Positions 54,653 through 64,000 of a stretch of DNA of 64,000 nt are shown here, piece by piece. The stretch comes from Octopus sinensis (lineage: Eukaryota). Each line of letters opens with the position of its first letter. Within the stretch, counting starts at the first letter, position 1. The translations under genes were made by a program, and so were the position numbers. The notes under the pieces were generated by a model. That model was not told where the DNA came from and ran no database searches. It saw only the letters and a program-made list of their open reading frames with translations. The stretch covers positions 27,590,001-27,654,000 of the forward strand of contig NC_043007.1 in NCBI RefSeq assembly GCF_006345805.1, in the 5' to 3' direction.

Positions 54653-55218
54653 AATATATATGGTGGACTCTCCCGTCGGTTTCAACGTATGCGGCTCCGA
54701 CAACTTAGCCTTTCTCTGTCTGTCATAATTCCTATGTCGAATGTGACATTTAAGTCCCACCAACGATTTACAAACAAGGCCACAGATTCTGTAAGTATGA
54801 AGATTACAGGTCAGTGCAGGTGTTATATGTGCAGCCTCTTTACTCCTTTGCCTTACAATCTGAAGCCTATTAATGCTGGATTTATACGTATTTATGCATA
54901 GAATTAAATAATAAGGGTAGAAAGTTTCGTGGTTTTAGCACAAAAGGAATCCATTCAGTGGTCTTTTATCTTATTTAAACAGGGTGTTCAAATAGTCTCT
55001 CTGCAGTATTTTGTTGCAAAATAAATATTTATAAGACGGATATAAGACTAGAAAAGAATATTCTAGACTTTTCAAAAGCTTATAAGAAGTGTTGAAAGTG
55101 TCGTACTTCATTTTCAATACATACGTTGACTCTTCTGCACTCGATTTGAAGTATATTTATGAAAACAATACACTGCGGAGTGACTCTTTGAAGACATTCT
55201 GTGTGTGTATATATATAT

Positions 55219-55385
55219 AAAGGGAATGTTTACGAAAATAAACAAAAGACGAAGATAGGTGGTGTACGAACAAACATATGTATTAGTATAGCGCTCAGGA
55301 ATAGAAAAAGTCTTTTACGTTTCGAGCCTACGCTCTTCTACAGAAAGGGACACAGAAAAAAACAAGGAGAGAAAAAAATGTGCAT
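55219..55385 (-). mobile_element. Family P2 element
   Basis: Highly similar to 48940-49140; adjacent to a short (TA)n. Confidence 0.72.
55312..55347 (-). ncRNA. Minimal type I hammerhead-like motif (P2, intact copy)
   Basis: cttt-CTGTAGA-A-gagc-gtag-gctc-GAAA-cgta-aaag. Helix I cttt/aaag, helix II gagc/gctc, palindromic ACGT, predicted cleavage after GUA. Core has A6U. Confidence 0.45.
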
Positions 55386-56221
55386 ATATATATATATATG
55401 TATATGCATGTATGCATATATAGACATAAAAATATACATACGAATACAAACATAGAGGGCCGTAAGGCTCAGATGAGTTCAGATGGCGAACGCTGGAAGG
55501 GAATTCATTGAATAAGGGAAAAGAGAGGAGATAGATACGAATGAGTCTCAACTGCGTAAAGGAGTAAAAGAAAAAGAAGGATGGTCACGTGAGGAAAGGA
55601 AAGATGGTCATATATATGTATGTATATATATATACATTATATATATATATATATACATGTATGTATGTATGTATGTATGTATGTATGTATGTATGCATGT
55701 ATGTATATGAATGTAGGTATATATCTATACAGAGGAATATAAATGTATGTGAGTGTGTGAGTATAGAGTCATTACAATTGATATTCAGGAACATTTCCGC
55801 CATGCGTACGCCTCCAGTAATTTTGGCAAGTACGAGTAACCACGCAACTATTTTCGCTTAAAATATCCGTGTAAATCGAAAGTCCCCATATAATCGATGC
55901 ATCACAATTATTTGTGTAAGCCTTAAATTTAAGGTTTTTCAGAAGTTTGTTGTATTTTATGATGTGCGTGCATTTATGTAAAGCTGCGCAATTACGAAAA
56001 CCTTTTATGGTGTGTGATGGAAAAATTATGATTGCTGTTTCGTGCAGTGAAGGAATATATATGTACGATACATGAAGTGTAAAGCTTTACATACTCAAGC
56101 ACAAATAGACAAATGTACGGGAAGTAATACATGTAGTATATATATATATATATATAGGAAAAAATATGTATATATATTTATGTATGTACATATATATATA
56201 TATTATATATATATATATATG

Positions 56222-56313
<92 letters not shown>

Positions 56314-56497
56314 TTTATATTATTTTATATTATATATATATATATTTGTATATATATTTAGATATATAGTATATATATATATATAATATATACAATATAT
56401 ATATATATGTATTATATATCTATTTCTTTTATATATATATATTATATAATATATATTTATTTATATATATATATATATTATTTATACATATATATAT

Positions 56498-56546
<49 letters not shown>

Positions 56547-56959
56547 ATGTGTGTATGTATGCATGTATGTATGTATGTATGTATATACTAGATCGTGGCG
56601 TATACATACGCAGATAATCCCCAAATACATATGCTCATATGTACATCCATATATATTTATAAGTATAGATATACCTTGTAAATGTCAGCACGTAATAAAA
56701 TCACAAACGTATGTACCGTATTTATATTACACTTATACACACGAGCAGCAATGCATGCATATAAACTATTACGTCCGTGCACGCATACATGCACCCATAC
56801 ATATACAACGGTACGTATAATATCGTTTCTGTGTATGCATGTTTATCTGTGTGCGTATATGGATGCATTCATGTGGGTAGTTGTGTTCGTGTACACACCA
56901 TGTACACGCACACACACACACACAAACATATATATATACATGTACATTATATATATATA

Positions 56960-57011
<52 letters not shown>

Positions 57012-57150
57012 CATACATAGACAGATAGATAGATTGATAGATGTATACGTTTCTTCACATATGTTGATATATAAGTATGTTTGCATTGGAGCATGTGCGT
57101 ATACATATATTTATTTAAGTATATTTATTACTATATATATATACGTATGC

Positions 57151-57181
<31 letters not shown>

Positions 57182-57266
57182 TATGTGTGTGTGTGTGTGT
57201 ATGTATTTGTAAATATATCCATGTATATGTATAATATATATATATATAATATCTACGTATGTATAT

Positions 57267-57306
<40 letters not shown>

Positions 57307-57319
57307 TACGTATGTATAT

Positions 57320-57353
<34 letters not shown>

Positions 57354-58392
57354 ATATACGTATAAGCATATATATATACATGTATATATATATGTATATA
57401 TATATATATAAGTATATATATTAAATATATATAAATAAATATATATATGTATATATATGTATATATATATATATATATATGTATATGTATATGTATATAT
57501 ATACATATATATATATAAGACACACACTCATAACAAACAAACATATATGCATTTCTTTTGGTGAATGTGCACCTTTTTGTATGAGATGATACGTAAAATA
57601 ATAGCGTACATGTCGGATTGGCTAGGAATCTTGCCGCTTATTTGAGAGGCAGGCACTGAACTTGCTAATAACCTTTTAAACGACCTGAGGAAAGCACATT
57701 TCGTTTGGTTGGGGGCGGGGTAGGCTTATTTCTGCTGCGGTGCCACGAGGATGGTTTGGGATGAGAGGGAATATATCAGTAAGCAGGCATTCAATGTTGC
57801 TATTATCATGAAAAAAGATTGAGTGAGGAAATGATATGAGACAAATGAATAAATATAGAAGAAATCGAAACGAATTGAATGCAACGTATAGCTGAAGAAT
57901 TAAATAAAAATATAGGCAGGGAAAGAGAGAGAGGAAAAAATGGAAGGGAAAAAAATAAGCGAAAGAAAACGAAAGTGAAAGTAATATGCATGGATTAATA
58001 CGAACGCGATTGGACAAAACCGTACAGAAATGGGTGGAGTGCATTTGAATTCAAGAAGTATCTTGACAGAGAAAGAATATATATCCATGCACAAACGCAC
58101 CCACACTCTCACCCACATATATGTGCATGTATAATTGTGTATATATATACATGCAATTATGCATATATGTGTAAGTACGCGCGCACGTGTGGTGTGCGGT
58201 GTGTGTATGTGTATTTATGGGTAGCTTAAAATCCATGAATTTGCATGTATGTGTATGTGTTTGTAAGCAGGGATAAGTTTATAGAGAAGGAAGGATATAC
58301 GAGAGATAAATAGAATGAACAAAGATATTTTCCTACGAATATTTTAAATAGATTGCAGGTAAAAAAAAGACAGATAACATTTGTAGCATTGT

Positions 58393-58393
58393 C

Positions 58394-58443
<50 letters not shown>

Positions 58444-58454
58444 TTGTTTATCTT

Positions 58455-58491
<37 letters not shown>

Positions 58492-58513
58492 TTGTTTATC
58501 TATCTATCTATCC

Positions 58514-58548
<35 letters not shown>

Positions 58549-58625
58549 CATCTACATATCTCTCCATCTATCTACCTACCTACAAATCTATCTATCTATA
58601 TATGTATCAATCTATCTAGCTAGCT
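58393..58625. repeat. (CTAT)n array
   Basis: Seen directly. Confidence 0.95.
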
Positions 58626-59490
58626 AGCTATCTGTTAGTATGTCTGTCTGTTGGTATTTCTATCTATCCATCCGTCTCTCTATACCGGGAAACGTTTTGC
58701 GTCTAAAGAATCCGGCCGCTCATCTCTTGTTCGAACATAAACCGTCACTAGGTGGAAGGATCCGCCAATGCCTTCATTACTACTCACAATCAAGTCCTCC
58801 AACCTACCAACCCGGTTTAGCATAAAAATACTGTCTTTAAGACCAAGCCTTTTCGAAAGTGTATCTCCTTGCCACTTTTTTCTAGGTTGATAAAAGAAAA
58901 AATCAAAATTCGTCGTTGTCCATTCGGGAAACGAGCAACTGCGTTTCTGAAATTCTCCTCTCGCTAATGGCTGCTGGATCCAGACGTAGTGAACTGCGAT
59001 GATTGTGTAGTTATTTCTAATTCTATGCTGCCAGTAGACTACAGCTCTTTATACGAAATACTGTAAGCATTACTATTCCAAATGGACAAGAAAGAATTCT
59101 ACAAATGGTATTCGTTCTGCGTAATCTAAAAGCAATTTTTTTTCTCTAATATATATACAATATGCGGTACATTTCTGTATATCTTAACAATACTCTCATG
59201 GTTAGCTTTGAACAGGTTATGAGAAGCAAGGCCTCCACCATTGTTTAAATTTCGGAAAGCTTCTAGACATGAGGGGTCTTGCACAGGTGTGATATCTGCT
59301 ATTGTTCTATCTCATGTGCCTGATAATTTTGCTGTCACCGTTGCTATTTTTTCACCTTTCCATACTGTTATTGTTGTGCCACTCGCTGTTGCTGTGAATG
59401 TCCTTCCCCGTTTTAATGTTGCTTTTATGCGTCAGAGTATTTTTGTTCTTTGTCATGGTTGTAGTTGTTGGGTTTGTTGTTGTTGTTTGT

Positions 59491-59811
59491 TTCGTAGAAG
59501 TCCGAAACGAGGTCCTTTGCTATTCGTAAGACCTGCAGAAAAGAAAGCAGGTCAACTCCCGACACCGAGAGCAAAGACAGATGGATAAATGCGCATCCAG
59601 GCTCAGCGGTTGCGCAGGAAGTCGAGGAAAAGAAACAGGAAGAAAGAGTGAGAGAAAGTTGGAGCGAAAGAGTACAACATGGGTCGCTACCAGCCCCTGT
59701 CAGAGCGTCGTGGAGCTTTTAGGTGTTTTCGCTCAATAAACACACACAACGCCCGGTCTGGGAATGGAACCAGTGAGACCGCTGCCCTAACCATTGGGCC
59801 ATTGCGCCTCC
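59491..59811 (-). mobile_element. tRNA-derived SINE family C flanked by ~100-bp direct repeats
   Basis: Head ggaggcgcaatggcccaatggttagggcagcgg..attcccagaccgggcg. Flanks 59384-59490 and 59812-59925 are direct repeats. Confidence 0.85.
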
Positions 59812-61979
59812 CGCTGTTGCTGTGAATGTTCTTCCCCGTTTTCATATTACTTTCATGGGTTAGAGTATTTTTGTTCTTTGTCATGTTTGTAGTTGTTGGG
59901 TTTGTTAATGTTGTTGTTGTTGTTGCGTACCCGTAATCTGGCTTGAGACAGTTGCTGTAATGTTCCAGGCAGGTAAGCAGGGTGTTTCCACAATTTTCCT
60001 ATGTATGAATCCATACAGTATATTTCTATTAGCTTCTTATCACTAATTTTTGGTTGTGCAAAATATTTAAATATGCATTTACATTTATTTACAGCAAAGG
60101 CGTCTGAATACGTACATGCAAATATTATGCTTATATTTACACATATATTCGGGGGGATGAGTGCGAATGTGAATATATATCTGTGTGTACGTTTACAATA
60201 CATTTGTCTGTGGGGGGGATGTGCATGTTAATGAGTACGAGTGTGAATGTGTGTTTGTGTGTAGGTTTAATATATACTCGTGTGAGTGTGTGTGTGTGTG
60301 TGTGTGTGCATATACGTATGACTAAATTGAACTGAAATACACATAATTATGTAAGCGACCAAAAATATCGCGTATTATCTCCTGCATATTTAAATATTTA
60401 ACTGTTGAGATATTGAGAAAGTGCTTTTCGGAGTACGGTTGGAACCGGATGTAATATGGATTTCATTTTCCTTTTGTGGTCGAATCAATTCATTTTTGCG
60501 CGGACATGGCGCCCAAGCTTAAAAGCGTAACCAACATGCATTTTATAATATAATTCCAGTGTATGCTTAAAGGTAGTTATCTAGAAATTTGATTCCAGTT
60601 TAGTTTAGCTCGGCAGTTACAATGGTCGTGAAAACAGATCTTTGCATTGTTGTCTTAGTTCACTTTGTGAAACATGCAAGAGCCGCGCTTGAATTTCGGT
60701 GTTTTTCACTTTCGTTTTCCTCTCGCTTAGCCCAGTAAAAATTTAAAACAGAAGAAGAAAAGATTGTTTAAAAATCCATTTTAAGACCATTTTTACTTAC
60801 TTTTTTGATTTGTAGAACGCACAAAATTTTTTATCATATCCTCCAGCAAAGACAACGAACACAAATACGTTACTGCGTAGAGATAAATGTTCAGCAAGCT
60901 TTCGTCCGACTCTATATTCTCTCTTCAAATGAATGATATGGGTTGTCTTGCTGCACGTGGCTTAACAGCCAGAATGCTTGTAGCCCACCTTTTCTAGGGC
61001 CTTCTCTATTCAAGGTGAGCAGTGGTGTTCGCAAATAGGTCTGCCCAGTTGCAGATACAGGAACGAATCCCTGGGTTATCACCAAGTCCCAAGAAGGCGA
61101 CCGTCTTGCATCTGCTGCCAACGAGCAAGTACGAACTAGGAGCCTCTAGGTTCACCAAAACCTGCTCGCACCATATTTACCCCATCCCCGTTGTGCTTTT
61201 GTTTAAAAAATGGTGGGGGAGAATTGGAACTAAAATCAAGCCAATGGCGTTAGTTTGCTTAAGATGCAGATTTCTTTGCCAAAGGGCTCTTCATGCATTA
61301 TGGCCAAAAATCCATCTTCCGTAGCACTACCTGAAGTGACAAGCCAAGTCCGGAGAATTGCATTCCATTGCAACCCATCTCAGTTCAAATGCAACTTCAC
61401 TTTCCATCGTTTCTTCTACGATAAAATAAATACCAGTCATGTACTGGTGTCACTATAATCGACTAAACGGCTCCCATCCAAATTTCCGACTGTGCAACTA
61501 AAGCGATTATGCAACCATAAGACACGACAAAATATTTCTGAATTTTCAATACAGAAGTTACCAACTATTTTTGGTAATCATTGTCCCCTGCTTCAGCTAC
61601 AGTTAAGGACATTTATTGCTGGGACCAAAGATAATAGAACTTATTAACTATGTGGCTACGATGAGAGGGAATATATAACTTGAATCTCCAGTATGAATTA
61701 ACCAGTAACATTTGAAACCCAAAATCTGTAATTTATTAATTCTACATTATTCAAACGGAAACCAGCTGTGTCACACAGATTAAGTGTTGCTAGTAACGTG
61801 TGAAAGATAATTAAGCTTAGAAATATATAATACTAATATCACCACTCAGTTTGAAATCTATGGGCCATACTCATGGCGTCTATTTTCCTAGCACTTTCAG
61901 AAAATTCTCCGCGAGATTATATTATACATTATCTAAACTTAGCTAATCCTGTATCATTATATACATATATACATACATG

Positions 61980-62080
<101 letters not shown>

Positions 62081-62101
62081 TATATATACAATATATATAT
62101 A

Positions 62102-62144
<43 letters not shown>

Positions 62145-62193
62145 TATATTTATATATATATATGCATATGTGTATATAGCATTTACATGAATA

Positions 62194-62225
<32 letters not shown>

Positions 62226-62828
62226 TCTTGCATCCATGTATATATGTTTATATATTCATGTGTGTATATGATGTGTGTGAGTGTTCCATGCACATATGTT
62301 TATGCCACTCTAGCCTCCTCTCTCTGTATGTGCGCTGAGATTTCACGTGATTGTTGGAAATAACGAAGACTGAAAACTGCATCAGATTCGTGTATTATCA
62401 CACTGTATATATTTGGAAGCCTTAACAGAAAAAGAGAATTATAAAGTGAAATGCAAGTCTCTGAAATGGAATTTACTCCTACGTGTATATGTAATTCTTC
62501 TCATTCAATGACTGCCTCTTATGTGTCTTTCAATAAGTTCCTGTCGTTTTAACGCATTCATTTTATTACGTGAATGTTTTATGAAAATCTGCTTACGTCC
62601 ATATTGTATGCGTATCGTGCATCAAATCATAAATACATAAAAGCAATAATGTGGAAGAACTTGTATCACACTTTGTGTCGAGCAAATGTCTGTGTGTGCA
62701 TGGTTTCTTGTATTGGGTGTGTGTGTATGTATGTAGATGCACACACATTCTCACACACTCGCATATACGCGCAAATACACGCAGAAACACATACACATAC
62801 ACAAACACATTTTAAATATATTATACCA

Positions 62829-62928
62829 NNNNNNNNNNNNNNNNNNNNNNNNNNNNNNNNNNNNNNNNNNNNNNNNNNNNNNNNNNNNNNNNNNNNNNNN
62901 NNNNNNNNNNNNNNNNNNNNNNNNNNNN
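62829..62928. other. Assembly gap (100 N)
   Basis: Run of N; adjacency across the gap is unverified. Confidence 0.99.
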
Positions 62929-63487
62929 CGGCCTTAGAACCTTGATTAAAAACAAAAAGAAGGAGGCGTAGAAAATGCTCGTTTTCTTGACTTGACATTC
63001 CGTTTTAACGATCTGAAAATAAACAAAAATTAACTAGAAAAAAAAGATTCCAAAATTATTCAAAATTCAATTCTCGAAAAAAATAGATTTCAAAATTTAA
63101 AAACGCAATAAATAGCAAAATTTAAAAAGACGGAGGGAACTTAGTTGGCAACCCAATGATTAACATTAACATCGTAAATGCTTGGAAGTAGAACTTTATA
63201 TTTAAACGGAAGTTGGCGTATAGGTAGGTGCCGTTGGATGAAATGACCTTTAGTATATGTTCTTAGTTTGCATTGTGAGTTCAAATCCTACTAGGTTAGC
63301 GGTGGATGAATAAAGCACGTCCAACACGCAATAGATTGATAGAAATCGGAAAGTGTCGGCGGGGCGCTGTGATATCGTGGGGCATTTGTTCCTTTTTAAA
63401 TACCTTGAAATGATGATAGAAGCTAAGTCCTTCGGCTCAAGATAGTGTTGCTGCCTTTCGATTTAATGTCAGTATCATGGGAGTAAA

Positions 63488-63630
63488 GGCACGTAAATCA
63501 GCAGTTAGTAAAATCCGGCTCACGATCGTAAAATCTAGAGTTCGATTCCCCGCGGCGCCTTGTTTCGTTGTGCAATACAATTTAATTCACTTTGCTCCAG
63601 TTCTCTCATCTTGCAAATATGAGTTGCATC
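63488..63630 (+). mobile_element. Decayed tRNA-derived SINE head with V-domain-like segment
   Basis: B-box gagttcgattccc at ~63538-63551, followed by ttcactttgctccagttc...atgagttgc. Confidence 0.55.
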
Positions 63631-64000
63631 AGGAATTCAAAATGTTAGCCTCTTCAAATTCTATCTCACGCTGAAAATTATGGAGAACTTCGTGACTGCT
63701 ACTCGTGTTTGTGCAGTTACCGAGCCACTTGCACGTTCATTTCAAAAGTCGGCTGTTTTGCTGATCGGACTTACTGTGATACCCGTCAGGGTGACCAACA
63801 GACGACCAAGATTTAGTATCATCAAATGAAAATTTGTATTCATTGAAGAATACAAGTCCGCCCCCCCCCCCACGATCCCAACCTTCCAAGCTGCGTAAAT
63901 GCACGGCCATCATTAACTGGCAGAGGATCTAGTCCATATAAGAAAGTTCCATCGACTGATGATGATCTTTCAATTAAAACATTCGCATTGTTTTTTACTT

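Noticed and set aside
60900-61410. GC-richer island with several 60-100-aa ORFs
   Set aside because: No frame stays open across it and no motif was recognised; likely an old LINE fragment that cannot be assigned.

Overview
AT-rich eukaryotic DNA saturated with microsatellites, almost certainly from an octopus (coleoid cephalopod). That assignment is inferred from the recurring tRNA-derived SINE families and the dense (TA)n, (GATA)n and (ATT)n tracts. The window is intronic or intergenic and contains no complete gene. Nearly all ORFs in the track are translations of simple repeats. Recognisable decayed mobile elements are: a Ty3/Gypsy relic (PBS-gag-PR-RT-RNaseH) with a nested RTE fragment, two mariner fragments, an IR/DR Tc1 left end, R4/Dong LINE pieces, Penelope-like relics, a probable solo LTR, about 20 SINE copies and four foldback/MITE-like palindromes. 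A few isolated candidate exons have good splice sites; the best is 36795-36951 on the minus strand. The most interesting signal is five copies of two related ~200-bp repeats lying in or beside (TA)n tracts. They fold into minimal, probably dimeric, type I hammerhead-ribozyme-like structures with non-canonical cores and a compensatory change in helix I. Other notable items are a SINE flanked by ~100-bp direct repeats and a 184-bp head-to-tail SINE dimer nested inside another SINE. There is a 100-N assembly gap at 62829-62928. Boundaries of decayed repeats are approximate and were read by eye; no database searches were run.
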